NCBI RefSeq assembly: GCF_006345805.1
Contig: NC_043001.1
Location: forward strand, 108,438,001 to 108,502,000
Length of the DNA: 64,000 nucleotides
Direction of reading: 5' to 3'
DNA from: Octopus sinensis
Lineage: Eukaryota
Of this stretch, positions 1 through 12,578 are shown in pieces. The stretch's first letter is position 1. Every line of letters begins with the position of its first letter. Made by a program: the position numbers and the translations under genes. Below the pieces are notes generated by a model. The model did not search any database. It had not been told where the DNA came from and worked only from the letters and a program-made list of their open reading frames with translations.

Positions 1-197
1 TCTAAGTCTGAGGTACACTTATTCCTGAAATAAAGATGAGACAGTCATGGTTGGAATACTTGGGATCATATACCTGTTGGATCAGACTAGCCATGAACTA
101 AATTACAAGAACAACAACACTCTTGTAAAGCAAGGCAATGAAATGGCAGAGTAGTTAGAATATCAGACAAAATAGTAGGCAATATTTATTTTGGCAA

Positions 198-415
198 AGG
201 CAGCGAGCTGGCAGAATCATTAGCACGTCAGACAAAATGCTTAGCAGCATTACATCAATCTGCACGTTCTGGGTTCAAATTCTGCCAAGGTTGACTTTGC
301 TTTTCAAGCTTTTGGGGGGTCGATAAATTAAGTACCAGTTGAACACTGGGGTTGATGTAATTGACTAGCACCCTCCCCCAAAATTCCTAGTTTTATGCCA
401 AAATTTGAAACCAAT
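198..415 (+). mobile_element. tRNA-derived SINE, family B (Meta-domain-like core)
   Basis: Head ggcagcgagctggcagaatcattagc (A-box-like) and gggttcaaattc (B-box), then core gttgactttgcttttcaagcttt..ggggtcgataaattaagtaccag shared with many copies in the window. Confidence 0.8.
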
Positions 416-811
416 ATTTATTCCGATACCTTGTATCATGAGTTCAAATCTTGCTGAGGGTCAAGTTTTCCTTTTATCTTCCCAAGGCCAAAAAATACAG
501 TATCAAACAAGTGTGATGAACTGCAGAATTGTTTAAGTGTTGGGTGGGATTCTTTACAATATTTACTCCAGTTTAAATTCCAGTATGGCCTACTTTGGTG
601 GTAAACTTATCTAATTGCATAGATTAGCAGTACCACCTGGCCTGTGGGTGCCTTTAGGAAAGGAGTCCACTCCTATTGCAAGCATTAAGACCAGTTCTAT
701 GGTTTGTAGAAACCTTCCACCCTCTCTCCTCACAGTCTCAGAAAACTTGTGAAGGATCATGGACTCTGCCCTTCTTCCTAACTAAGCAATAAAAAAAAAT
801 GTATTCTATTG

Positions 812-1179
812 CTTACCAACCACATGGTTCTGGGTTCAGTCCCACTGTGTAGAACCTTGGGCAAGTGTCTTCTACTATAGCCTCAGGCCAACCAAAGCCT
901 TGTGAGTGGATTTGGTAGATGGAAAGTGAAAGAAGCCCATTGTATATACGTATATGCATATATAAATATGTGTGTGTGTTTGTCTCCCCAACATCGCTTG
1001 ACAACTGATGCTGGTGTGTTTACATCCCCATAAATTAGCAGTTCGGCAAAAGAGACCGATAGAATAAATACTAGGCTTACAAAGAATAAGTCCTGGGGTC
1101 GATTCGCTCGACTAAAGGCAGTGCTCCAGCATGGCCACAGACAAATGACTGAAACGAATAAAAGAAAAGAAAAGAAAAG
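812..1179 (+). mobile_element. tRNA-derived SINE, family A (5'-truncated)
   Basis: ccacatggttctgggttcagtccc B-box, ccttgggcaagtgtcttctactatagc core, internal (TA)/(TG) tract, (AAAAG)n tail; matches more than 15 copies in the window. Confidence 0.85.
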
Positions 1180-1407
1180 ATGACAAACATCAACAAGTCT
1201 GTTCACCTGAAGTGAATTTTTAGCATGGAGATCCTGAGAAAGAAAAATTTTTTAAATACAGACATCACCTCAAAACCAAAACAAAAATAAAATTTGAAAA
1301 AAAGGAAAAAAATTCCAGAAGACATTGTTGCTTGCTAAGTGCAGCTGTTTGAATTGAAATGGATCTTTTTAAGAAATCCTAATTACTGGCAAAAATTAGA
1401 AATATTT

Positions 1408-1733
1408 ATATCTGTGCTGGTGGCGTGTAAAAAGCACCATCCAAACGTGGCCGATGCCAGCACCGCCTTGACTGGCTTCCGTACCGGTGGCACATAAAAA
1501 GCACCAACTGATCGTGGTCAGCCTCCTTTGGTCCCTGTGCTGGTGGCACGTAAAAGGCACCCACTACATTCTCGGAGTGGTTGGCGTTTGGAAGGACATC
1601 CAGCTGTAGAAACACTGCCATATCATACTGGAGCCTGGTGCAGCCTCCTGGCTTCCCAGACCTTAGTCGAACCGTCCAACCCATGCCAGAATGGAAAACG
1701 GACATTAAATGATGATAATGATAATAAACGATG
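1408..1733 (+). mobile_element. SINE-like retroposon, family C ((GAT)n tail)
   Basis: gtggcacgtaaaaagcacc 5' subrepeats, gagtggttggcgtttggaaggacatccagctgtagaaac core, ends ggacattaaatgatgataatg. Confidence 0.8.
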
Positions 1734-2104
1734 ACCCTACATTTTAATTATGTTAATCCCTGATCATCATCAGATGTCTCAATTTCATAAAACAAATTAA
1801 AAAAAATTAAGATAATAAATAAATCTGATTTTAATTTTTAATAATCAGATTAAAGCCATGAAGTGGCAGAATCGTTAAGACTGAGAGATAGAATGCCTTG
1901 TGGTATTTGTTGTGATTTTCTGTGTAGTGAGTTCAAGTTCCGCTGGGGTTAACTTCATCTTTCATTTTTTCTGGAGCCAATAAAACGGTACCAATATTGG
2001 GAGGAGGATTGGTAGAATTGTTGAAGAATGTAAGAATAAAAGAATATAGTCCAGATCATCATCCAAAGCTTTGTGAGTGGATTTGGTAGATAGAAACTGA
2101 AAGA

Positions 2105-2220
2105 TGTTTGTGTGTATGTGTGTAAGAGAGAGCGAGACTGTGTGCGTGTGTGTCAGTGTATCTGTGTGTGTGTAAGAGAGAGTGAGACTGTGTGCGTGTG
2201 TGTCAGTGTATGTGTGTGTG

Positions 2221-2260
<40 letters not shown>

Positions 2261-2690
2261 TGAGTGTCAGTGTGTGTGTATGTGAAAGAGAGGGTGCATG
2301 TGTGTGTGTGCGTGTGTGTATATATGCGTAAGAGAGAGGGAGACTGTGCGTCAGTGAGAGAGGATGCATCAGTGAGTGTGTGTGTGTCAGTGTGTGTGTG
2401 TGTGCATGAGAGAGTGTATGTGTCAGTGTCTGTGTGAGAGTGTGTGCATGTGAGTGTGAAGATGTGTCAATGTGTGTGCGAGAGTGAGAGAGACTGTGTG
2501 CGTGTGTCAGTGTGTAAGTGAATGTGTCAAAGTGTGAATGGGGGGGGGCGATGTGGGGGGGGGTCAGTGTGTGTGTATGTATGTGTGAGTCTGTGCATGT
2601 GTGAGTGCCTGCATGTGTGTCTGAGTGTGTGAGTGGGAGTGTGTCCGCATGTGTGCGTGCATGCACATATATATGTGCGTGTGTGTCATA
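2105..2690. repeat. Compound (GT)n/(GA)n microsatellite
   Basis: Degenerate gtgtgtgtcagt / gagagactgtgtgc units; explains the HT-rich 234-aa ORF. Confidence 0.95.
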
Positions 2691-2964
2691 GGAGTACTTT
2701 AAAGGAAACTAATTTTTTTCAAGTTCATAGAAACAATTTCATTGTTTCCCCATATTTTGACTTTTTCTTTTTTATGGAGGATGGGCTTAAAGAGGTAAGT
2801 TTTCAAAGAGGCAGGAACTCTACAACTTGAAGTACTTACAAAGTCTTACAAAAGAAAACTTAGAAATGTTTATCAAGACTTTTTTTTTTTTCCATTTTGT
2901 ATTTTTTTAAATTTTAAATTATAAAAGAACAAAGGTTATCTTATCTGTATATATGTATGTGTAT

Positions 2965-3348
2965 AGGTGGAGGCATGGCTGCGTGGTAAGAAGCTTGCTT
3001 CCCAACCACATGGTTCCAGGTTCAGTTCCACTGTGTGGCACCTTGGGGAAGTGTCTTTTGATATAACCTCAGGCCGACCAAAGCCTTGTGAGTGGATTTG
3101 GTAGATGGAAACTGAAAGAAGCCTGTCGTGTGTGTGTGTGTGTGTGTGTATGTTTTGTGTGTCAGTGCTTGTCCTCCCAACATCACTTGACAACCGATGT
3201 TGGTGTGTTTACATCTCCATAACTTAGCGGTTCAGCAAAAGCGACCGATAGAATAAGTACTAGGCTTACAAAGAATAAGTCCTGGGGTCGATTTGTTCAA
3301 CTAAAGGCGGTGCTCCAGCATGGCCACAATCAAATGACTGAAACGAAA
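2965..3348 (+). mobile_element. Family A SINE, full length
   Basis: A-box tggctgcgtgg, B-box ggttcagttcc, full body to atgactgaaacgaaagaa. Confidence 0.9.
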
Positions 3349-3422
3349 GAATATAGCCATAGTTGTGTTTATGCAAACATATACACATATATATATATAT
3401 GCATATATATATATACACATAA

Positions 3423-3454
<32 letters not shown>

Positions 3455-3659
3455 CATCATCATCATCGCTTAACATCCACTTTCCATGCTGGCATGGGTT
3501 GGACAGTTTGACTGGGGACTGGTGAGCCAGATGGCTGCACCAGGCTCCAATCTGATCTGGCAGAGTTTCTACAGCTGGATGCCCTTCCTAACGCCAACCA
3601 CTCCAAGAGTGTTAAATCAACAAATGTTACATAAAGTGGTTTGTTTTACTCCTGGCATT

Positions 3660-4130
3660 TTTCTTGGTCCTCAAGCAAGCAAAGGTCACCAGCTTGGAAG
3701 CCATTTTACTTGAGACATGACTTCGTTGGGCAGGGCATGTTGACAGGATGAAAGACCACCACCAACCCAAGATCATCATGTACAGTGAGCTCACCACCGG
3801 CCACCGCAACAGGGGTGCACCAAAGAATCATGACAAGAACTGCCTAAAGCAGTTCTTTAGTGTATGTCACACTGATCACCATGATTTTCCATTCTAACAC
3901 CTGACCATGTCGCTTGGTGCCATACTGTCAGTGATGTCGTTTCCTCCTTTGAGATCTCTCGCAGTGCCTCTTATGAAGACAAACGTCAGAGGCAAAAAAA
4001 TAACGTAGCTGCATCATCAGACCCTGTAAAACCAAACCCCTGTCATCACCGCAATCGGAGTATGCAGATGGCATGGACAACAGCCACGATCATAGCCCAT
4101 CATGCTTTATGTGATAAGTATGAATTGCAT
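3660..4130 (+). mobile_element. RTE-clade (BovB-like) LINE ORF 3' fragment, degraded
   Basis: Translates as VLKQAKVTSLEAILLET*LRWAGHVDRMKDHHQPKIIMYSELTTGHRNRGAPKNHDKNCLKQ, the conserved RTE C-terminal LRWAGHV..R.GAPK motif; contains a stop and frameshifts. Confidence 0.85.
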
Positions 4131-4873
4131 TCATGTAAATTGTCTGATGGGGGTCTCGAAAGGTCACAAACACCATCTCTGCTTTTTCCTTGTAACAACA
4201 TATTTAAGAAGATAATAATACTTGTTTGTTCCCAGAAAAGGATCTATATAGACTTCTTGTTATTGCCCATTAGCTGTTGTCATTTCAGGATAAGCAGAAA
4301 AACTACTCAATTCGTCCACACTAATAAAGAACAGATGCTTTGGAAGTGAATTTCAGCACTTGACAAATATTTCATGAAATACTTAAAACTAACACGGATT
4401 TTAATGATCAATAGAAACAGACGAGCCAATGAGGAAGGCCTATGCATTCTTGTGACCTACTTGTAATAGCAACCAAACAACCCTCAAATTACACATGTTA
4501 TGTTACAGAAGACATACAAGTACAGGGTCCACCAATCAGGGCAGAGATTTAATCAATCTACAATGACCACACTTCAATACAAGTAAAAAGCAACTTAAAG
4601 CAGCTTAAATTCTGATGATCTTTCAATAACTGGTGTTTTTTCAATAGTTATTAACCACCCTAAGATTGAATGTCTCAAATGCCGTAGTATGCTGAAATGT
4701 TTTCTGGTGCTCAAATTACAAGCACTGCACTAGAAAAAAGTCCTGAATAGCAAAGTTATTAAATGTTGTTACAAGTGTTAGCAAAGAGAAAGCAGTTCAC
4801 TGCCTGTGAGTCATTTCAACATACATGCAGTGCATTGCAATAATGCAAACCAGAGATTAAAAGAGTTACACAA

Positions 4874-4905
<32 letters not shown>

Positions 4906-5034
4906 GCATGTATATGTATATGTGCGTGTGTGTGTGTGTATAAATATATATATATAGTGTACATAATGTAGGTGGCTTATTAGCAATTAGAACCTAAAGA
5001 CAGATTTATAAACATCAGTGGTGACAAGGATACA

Positions 5035-5275
5035 AAGTAGTACCAGCATTGCTAGAAATAAGAGTCAAAACGGTTCAATTAGCCATGAAAATCACTATCT
5101 TCGACAGGAAGCAAGAAAGCTCCGTACTGCACTGAGACATACTTCAGTAGGGAATTTGTCTCAGTACAGTCCGGAGCTTTCTCGCTTCCTCTCTTTCATC
5201 AACTTATTAAGATAGTGATTTTCATGGCTAATTGAATTGGTTTGACTCTTATTTCTAGCAATGCTGGTACTACTT
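5035..5275. mobile_element. Foldback MITE / near-complete palindrome
   Basis: About 67-bp terminal inverted repeats (5035-5101 / 5209-5275) plus an inner pair gaagcaagaaagctccgtactgcactgagaca / tgtctcagtacagtccggagctttctcgcttc. Confidence 0.8.
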
Positions 5276-5559
5276 ATATATATATATATATATAGTGTGT
5301 GTGTGTATGTGTATACATATGCCCCTGAGGGGTCACCAAGTTAACTTACAAGGCAAGACCCCACAACATTGAAGGAGGCAAAAATATATAGAGGGACAGG
5401 AACAGGTTTCTTGTTGAAGAGGAGAAATATGGCTTCCCTAGCTACAGAGAGAGAGAAAGAGAGAGATGGTGAGGGTGCTTCCTGATAGTTCAAGATGAAT
5501 ATAGGGACAGAGAAACAAACAGGAAAGCCTACATCTATCCAACCATCTCTCTTTCTCTC

Positions 5560-5810
5560 CCATATATGCACCAATACCTGGACATCCTTGTTACTTATTA
5601 GCCCTTAATACCAGACTGACTTGGTGCCTCAACTTTTCTTTCCTCCGTCTTCCCTTCCTTGGATCTTTCCTTTTCCTATGTTTCTGACGAAGAGCTCCGC
5701 TCGAAACATTAATTCCTCCTTCTGTCTTTCCTTTCCTGAGTGTCCAATAACACTATACTTGTTCCACATCCTCGTGTTGTGTTTTCATGTTTGGATTAAC
5801 TTATATATAT
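5560..5810 (+). mobile_element. Penelope-like element terminal fragment with degenerate hammerhead motif
   Basis: gtttCTGACGAagagctccgctcGAAAcatt at 5680-5712; the flank ctggacatccttgttactt recurs at 41430-41457; ends in (TA)n. Confidence 0.55.
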
Positions 5811-5825
5811 ATATATACATATATA

Positions 5826-6075
5826 TGGCAGGTAAAAAGCACCATCCGAATATGGTCAATGCCAGTGTTGCCTGACTGGCTCCCATGGTGGTGGCATATA
5901 AAAAGCACCCACTACACTCTCAGAGTGGTTGGCATTAGGAAGGGCATCCAGCTGTAGAAAACCTACCAGATCAGACTGGAGCCTGGTGCAGCCAACTGGC
6001 TTGCTAGTCCCCAGTCAAACCGTCCAACCCATGCCAGCATGGAAAGCAGACATTAAATGATGATGATGATGATAA
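5826..6075 (+). mobile_element. Family C retroposon
   Basis: Same core and (GAT)n tail as 1408-1733. Confidence 0.8.
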
Positions 6076-6077
6076 TA

Positions 6078-6545
6078 CATATATATACATATCGTCATCA
6101 TATATATATATATATATTAGAGTGTGTGTATATATGTGTGTGTGTGCATGTATGTGAGTGTGTGTGTGTGTTTCTCTCTCTATATATATATATATTTATG
6201 CATGTGTGTGTATGTATGTATGTATGTATGTATACATATATATATTTATGCATGTGTCTGTATGTATGTATATATACATATATATTTATGCATGCGTGTA
6301 TGTATTTATACATATATATATATATATATATATTATTTATGCATGTGTGGATGTATTTATACATATATATATATATATATATTTATGCATGTGTATCTAT
6401 ATATATATATATATACATACACACATACACCCACACATTGTATACAGATATATACATGCCTACACATTACTTGTGGGTAATTGGTTATTTACATATGTAT
6501 GTGCACATGTATACATATATACATACATACACACACAAACACACA
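6078..6545. repeat. (TA)n/(TG)n/(CATA)n compound microsatellite
   Basis: Direct inspection; source of the YI-rich ORFs. Confidence 0.95.
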
Positions 6546-6912
6546 CTATACCAGCTTGGAAAATAAACATTAAACGATAATGATGCTATATACACAAACC
6601 AACACAAATACTGAAGCATAATAGACGGAATTATTCGTTTAAATTTCTAAACAAAGCTACACCAGAACAGCTTTTAATGAGCATTTTTTAATGAGCTTTT
6701 ATTAATAAGTTTGATTTTTTTCTAATTTAATTAACGTTTTTTTTTTTTTTGAGATAATAAAATTGTCAATATGAAATTTTCCAAAAAATCAATATGATCA
6801 GATATCAACACAATCCAATATTCCGCCCACACAACAACAAACACATAGACACACAGACATATATGTGTGTATCGCCCACACAACAACAAACACATAGACA
6901 CACAGACATATA

Positions 6913-6958
<46 letters not shown>

Positions 6959-7019
6959 CATGTTGATATATGCCTACACAGAATATGGACACTAAATGAT
7001 GATGAGACACAGGTATAAA

Positions 7020-7423
7020 TATTCTTTTCTACTCTAGGCACAAGGCCCGAAATTTTTGGAGGTAGGGGAGCCAGTTGATTAGATCAACCCCAGTACCTAA
7101 CAGGTACTTAATTCATCGACCGCGAAAGGATGAAAGGCAAAGTCGACCTCGGCGGAATTTGAACTCAGAACGTAATGGCAGACGAAATACCTATTTCTTT
7201 ACTACCCACAAGGGGCTAAACATAGAGGGGACAAACAAGGACAGACAAACGGATTAAGTTGATTATATCGACCCTAGTGTGTAACTGGTACCTATTTAAT
7301 CGACCCTGAAAGGATGAAAGGCAAAGTCGACCTCAGCGGAATTTGAACTCAGAACGTAGCGGCAGACGAAATACAGCTACGCATTTCACCCGGCCTGCTA
7401 ACATTTCTGCCAACTCGCCACCT
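7020..7423 (-). mobile_element. Dimeric family B SINE
   Basis: Two Meta-like cores joined at gacgaaatac|ctatttctttactacccacaagggg (7190/7191); flanked by gtataaatatt direct repeats (probable TSD). Confidence 0.8.
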
Positions 7424-8183
7424 TACACTTGTATAAATATTGAAACTGTACTATATGTGTGTGTGTGTATGTGTGTATGCACACACACACACAGAGAATT
7501 ATACAATTTTCAGCTTGAATAATTTAAAATAAGTATATAATTTATTATTAACTTCAATGTCTCTTTTTTTCTTTCACTTCCCCCTCACACATTTCTAATT
7601 AAATTCTAGCCTATTACACAATAAAATTCCATTTAATCAGCTTCCAGTGTTATATTTTCCCAAATAAATTCTCCCTCACTCCCACTCTCTCTCTCCTCAC
7701 CTCTCTCTCGCTATACTAAAATAGTCTCCAACACTGCTTAACATTTAGATAACTATAAGCAAACGTTATTCACTGTGATATGCAACAATAAATATTAATC
7801 AAATTTTAAATCCAACTCAAAGAAAACAATTCTTAAATATCAAATGTCTATCTGCTTCAAGACACAATCATTTCAGCGTCCTACCTTAGAAATAGAGTCA
7901 AGCCAAAGTTACCAACGGAATTTCTCAGCCTCGCTTCATTTCTTGCTGTCTGGGATATTTAGCATAAATGTTATGGTCACTGTGACCATGCTCCAAGTAT
8001 TACTATAAAAATCCTGTGAGATATTTTTCCACAAGTAGCCTGATCATGAGACAATCTTAACAGGATTCAGATGAAAAGGGGGAAAAAAATAATAGATTTT
8101 GCTATCATAATAAACCTTTTTAATACCAAACCACTTGAGACTGTTCCAAGATACAAACTTTTAGTTTTAAAATGATATGATTT

Positions 8184-8405
8184 AACCCTTTAGTATTTAG
8201 ATTACTCCATCAAATATGATGTTTATTTATTCACATTGTTTGGAATTAATCTGCATAATCTTATAGCTTTGAGATTTGGATGATATGATTGTTTATTTTG
8301 AGAATGACATAGTAGACTGGGTGTCAGAGACCAAATCTGGCTAGTCTGAACATAAACCTGGTAAAATATTTTGGCCAAATACAGTCAGTTTAAATGCTAA
8401 AGAGC
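8184..8405. mobile_element. piggyBac-like MITE (TTAA-CCCTTTAG family)
   Basis: Begins ttaaccctttagtattt, ends aaatgctaaaagagctaa; same body as 19841-20443. Confidence 0.6.
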
Positions 8406-8509
8406 TAAAGTCTTCCATCAAATTTCATGTTAATCTCAACACAAGCTTAATAACAACAAAGTACATTTAGCCATAATAATTCTAGGACCATTCAAGTCTC
8501 TTAAGTCAT

Positions 8510-8830
8510 CATCATCATCGTTTAATGTCCGTTTTCCATGCTAGCATGGGTTGAACGGTTCGACTGGGGTCTGGGAAGCCAGGAGGCTGCACCAGGCTCC
8601 AGTCTGATCTGGCAGTGTTTCTACAGCTGGATGCCCTTCCTAACGCCAACCACTCCATGAGTGTAGTGGGTGCTTTTTACGTGCCACCGGCACAGGGGCC
8701 AGAGGAGGCTGGCAAACAGCCACGATCGGTGGGTACTTTTTATGTGTCACTGACACAGACGCCAATCAGGCGGTGCAAGCATCTGCCACATTCGGATGGT
8801 GCTTTTAACGTGTCACCGGCACGGGAGGTG
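8510..8830 (-). mobile_element. Family C retroposon
   Basis: catcatcatcgtttaatgtccgttttccatgc, the reverse complement of the family C 3' end. Confidence 0.85.
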
Positions 8831-9484
8831 TCTCTTAAGTATTTCCATAAAAATCATTTAAGCCAAAAGGGATTTCAGAACAAAATCTAAGAAAAACACA
8901 ACTTTTTGTATGTATTAGGGGGTGAGTTCTGCCATCCCCTAATAATGTAATGTGTCAAAGAAGCTGGCTAAGGCAAATTTAAAACAGACAACGTTGTCTT
9001 TAGGCAATGTAAATATAAACTACGCCTTTTAAGAGCTGTCCTTAGCTTTGTAATTAAAGCAACATGATTATTTGCAGTTGAATAAATATGTTTTGACTCA
9101 ACTTATTTTTTAGTGTGTGTGTGTGTGTTTCCATTGCAATTTAGCCCAAGGTCAACCATAATTAAGCAGATACATGATCAGAAGTATTCTAGCAGTAATC
9201 ACCCTACCTTCTATTCAGACAAAGTGTATGTAACACTATATTACTGTATGTATCCTGCTATTTTCAAGCAAGTGTGGTATGATTTTGAAGGATATTTGGC
9301 AGCTATTTCCAGCAGTTGAAGTACTCATGCAGAAGTTGGTTCATTGTTTTATTAACATGGGAGTTAGGAGTGGACTTCACTGAATCCAGTTCAAATACAG
9401 AATAAATTGGCCTCCTCTGGATGGCCACAACACTAGATTTACTCCATTTGCAAACAGTTCACACTCTCAATGAAGCACATCACT

Positions 9485-9588
9485 AATTTCCTCAAATTTC
9501 CTTAAATTTCCTCAAATTTTGCTCAAATTTCCTCAAATTTCCCTCAAATTCTCCTCAATTGTCCTCAAATTTCCCTCAAATTCTCCTA
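9485..9588. repeat. Tandem 10-11 bp minisatellite (aaatttcctc)
   Basis: About 9 degenerate consecutive units. Confidence 0.85.
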
Positions 9589-10737
9589 TTTACTGACTCC
9601 AGTGAAGTACACTATACATATGTTGTTGCTTTCAACAAATTTAACCCATGCTGAATTTGAACTTGGAACCGAAGCAGGCAAAACTAAATCATGTAAACCC
9701 CTTAAACCTGTGATCTACTCCTCTGGTTATACTAGTCCTTTAATATAACAACTTGATGTGATATTATTCGAAAATCATTTATCAATATGAAATTACATAA
9801 AGTTAAAGTTTGATTTCCTTTGGAGGGGAGGAGGTACAACTTAACAAGGGACAGAATCCAAAACTGAGCACTTTTCACAGTAATCTTTTTCATCTTTACA
9901 TGTTAAGCATAGATTTTGCTGCCCTAAGCTTGAGCTATTGAATTTCTAAGACTAACATTCTCATCAATATCACCATTTAATGTCCATTTTAACATGCTAG
10001 CATGGTTCTGAGAGTTCAAGAGAAGCTGTCGAGCCAAGCTCCAATGCCTACTTTGGCATGGTTTCCACTGCTGGATGCCCAGCCTAATGCCATCCACTTT
10101 ACAAAGTGCACTGGAAGCTTTTTACATGACACCTCCTTTAATATATTAAACACTCTACCAGAGAAAAACATAAGTATCAATCATATACGAGAGTGAGTTT
10201 GTTGCAATTAATGAAAACCAGAAACAACAACAACATCTACAATCATGTTTATATCACTGAGTCACTTCAAGTAATGATCAACTCATTTAGCAATAACTTC
10301 AAAACTTAGCATTTATTAACATTTAGCATTCTTTATTGTAAATAGAATTTTAAGCTTTCACCATTTATATTGACTGTAGAAAACAGTCTAATATTGGGGG
10401 ATATAAAACCCACATGCATGTGCACCAATACTCTTTTTTTTTCTCTGTAGCAAGTTCATATGCCCCAATATTAGACTATATTCAGTAGCCAATAATATAC
10501 AGTGAAAACTTCATCATTTAACGTCTGCCTTCCATGCTAGCTTGGGTGGTACAGTTTCACAAGAGCCAACCAGGTAGAAGCCTGCACCAGACTTCTGTGA
10601 CTGTTTTGGCAAGATTTTTACAGCTGGATGCCCTTCCTAACACCAACCATTCAGCAGAGTGGATCTAGTGCTTTTTACGTTGCACAAGCACAGGTGAGGT
10701 CAGTAGTGCTTTTTGCATGGCACAAGCATATATATTT

Positions 10738-11141
10738 ACTCTTTACTCTTTTACTTGTTTGTCATTTGACTGCGGCCATGCTGGAGCACCACCTTTAGTT
10801 GAGCAAATCAACCCCAGGATTTATTCTTTGTAAGCCTAGTACTTATTCTATCGGGATCTTTCGCTGAACCGCTAAGTTATGGGGACATAAACACACCAGC
10901 ATCAGTTGTCAAGCAATGTTGGGGGGACAAACACAGACACACAAACATATACACACACATGCATATATATATATATATATGACAGGCTTCTTTCAGTTTC
11001 CTTCTACCAAATCCACTCAAAAGGCTTTGGTCGGCCCGAGGCTTTAGTAGAAGACACTTGCCCAAGATGTCACACAGTGAGACTAAACCCGGAACCATGT
11101 GGTTGGTAAGCAAGCTACTTACCACACAGCCATTCCTGTGC
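10738..11141 (-). mobile_element. Family A SINE, full length
   Basis: Reverse complement of 2965-3348; (ctcttta)n tail at left. Confidence 0.9.
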
Positions 11142-11439
11142 CTTTACAAAAAATTTTCACTCGTTATCATTTAACTTACACCAAAAACGCACATATTTAG
11201 CATACTCTATTTTCCAGGACACAAGTTGATGTAGTATATAGTGTAAATATTCAAACACCACCACTGTCTTTCCAAATCCTACTGCATTTCACATGGAATT
11301 TTTGGTCCTCCCATGTTGTGTTTTGGCACATAAATTGACCTCCTTTTTTTGGCTGTAAAATTTGATCAGAAAAATTCAACTTGCATGTTGGAAAATGCCT
11401 GTTATTCAATGCCAATATGGCTTGCATAAATAAGTCTGC

Positions 11440-11760
11440 TAGACAATAAACCTTCCAATCAGCATGATCTTGCATCACATCGTCTCATCCCAAAGGCTTC
11501 ATCATTTATTATGCAAACTCACCACACCATCCCAAGATTTCTTTACCCCCACACTTAACCCCACTCCATGGACTTTTTATCATCTCGTAACATATTTCCA
11601 TCTATCGTGCATGCTCCATTCACATTATGTATCCAAAAACTGGAATTATTTCTTTTACAAACATCAAACAAATTCCTATACATATACATATTGGTTGATT
11701 CCATTGCTTCCTCATCTCATTTGTATTCGAAATATCATTGATGCTGACGTTGAATAAACA
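11440..11760 (-). mobile_element. Highly degraded RTE-like LINE 3' remnant
   Basis: Minus frame ..FGYIM*MEHAR..GVKCGVKKSWDGVV..DHADWK resembles RTE LRWFGHV.RM..RGRPRK.W; many stops. Confidence 0.4.
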
Positions 11761-11864
11761 ACAGAATATTTAATAAAGCTTCTGATAATTCTAATCAGGA
11801 GATCTCGTATAACAGAACTTTGAAATTAAATTGGAAATTTCATACATACTGGATAGATATAAAG

Positions 11865-11974
11865 AGATAGTTATGCACACACACACACACACACACACAC
11901 ATGTGTGCATGAGTGTGTATATATAAGTATATATACATGTATGTGTGTGTGCATGTGAGTATATATACATGTGC

Positions 11975-12010
<36 letters not shown>

Positions 12011-12220
12011 GTATGTGTATATGTATATGTATATGTGTGTACATGTATGAACATATATATGTATTATGTGTATATGTGTGTGAGTATATATATCTATCTC
12101 TCTCTCTATATATATATATATACATACATACAAACACACATACATACATACATACATACAAACAAACAAACAAACAAACAAACAAAACACACACACACAT
12201 ACATATATACATACATATCT
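11865..12220. repeat. Compound (CA)/(TA)/(CATA)/(CAAA) microsatellite
   Basis: Direct inspection. Confidence 0.95.
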
Positions 12221-12578
12221 CAAAAATAAATACACACCACATTTTCAAAAGATTTGGTTCTAGAAACAACGTAATGTAATTTGAGGCATTTATATGCTTA
12301 ATCTAGCATTTAATAAGACAAGCCTCGTGTATAATACATTAGCAAATGCTGAGCACTAGGTACTGTCCACACAGGTAAAACAGCTTACTTCTGAGACGTC
12401 ATTGCATGTTTATCTACACACACACATATATGTGCAGACAGATAAAACTTGATAGCTTCTGTTCCATGAACGCAAAGCTCACCAATGCATTGGAAAATCA
12501 ATGCAAATAGCAAATCCAATTTTAATATTTAACATTAATTCTTATGAGAGGCCACTTGAAAGAGGGTGTATATATGCT

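Noticed and set aside
813-1206. Recurrent ORFs such as MSSDVG..LNPEPCGW and MFLQLDALPNANH..
   Set aside because: They recur because they are chance frames in SINE families A and C, not a gene family.
1207-1233. Possible 27-nt minus-strand micro-exon (DLHAKNSLQ)
   Set aside because: Good acceptor but weak donor (gtgaac); phase 0 does not join the phase-1 donor at 39104.
1962-2666. 234-aa His/Thr-rich ORF
   Set aside because: Translation of a (CA)n-type microsatellite; the same applies to the YI/CV-repeat ORFs at 6.1-7.0, 11.8-12.3, 27.8-28.3, 33.2-33.7 and 45-48.9 kb.
7885-7949. Possible minus-strand exon TARNEARLRNSVGNFGLTLFL
   Set aside because: Weak polypyrimidine tract, no recognisable homology, and no phase-compatible chain.
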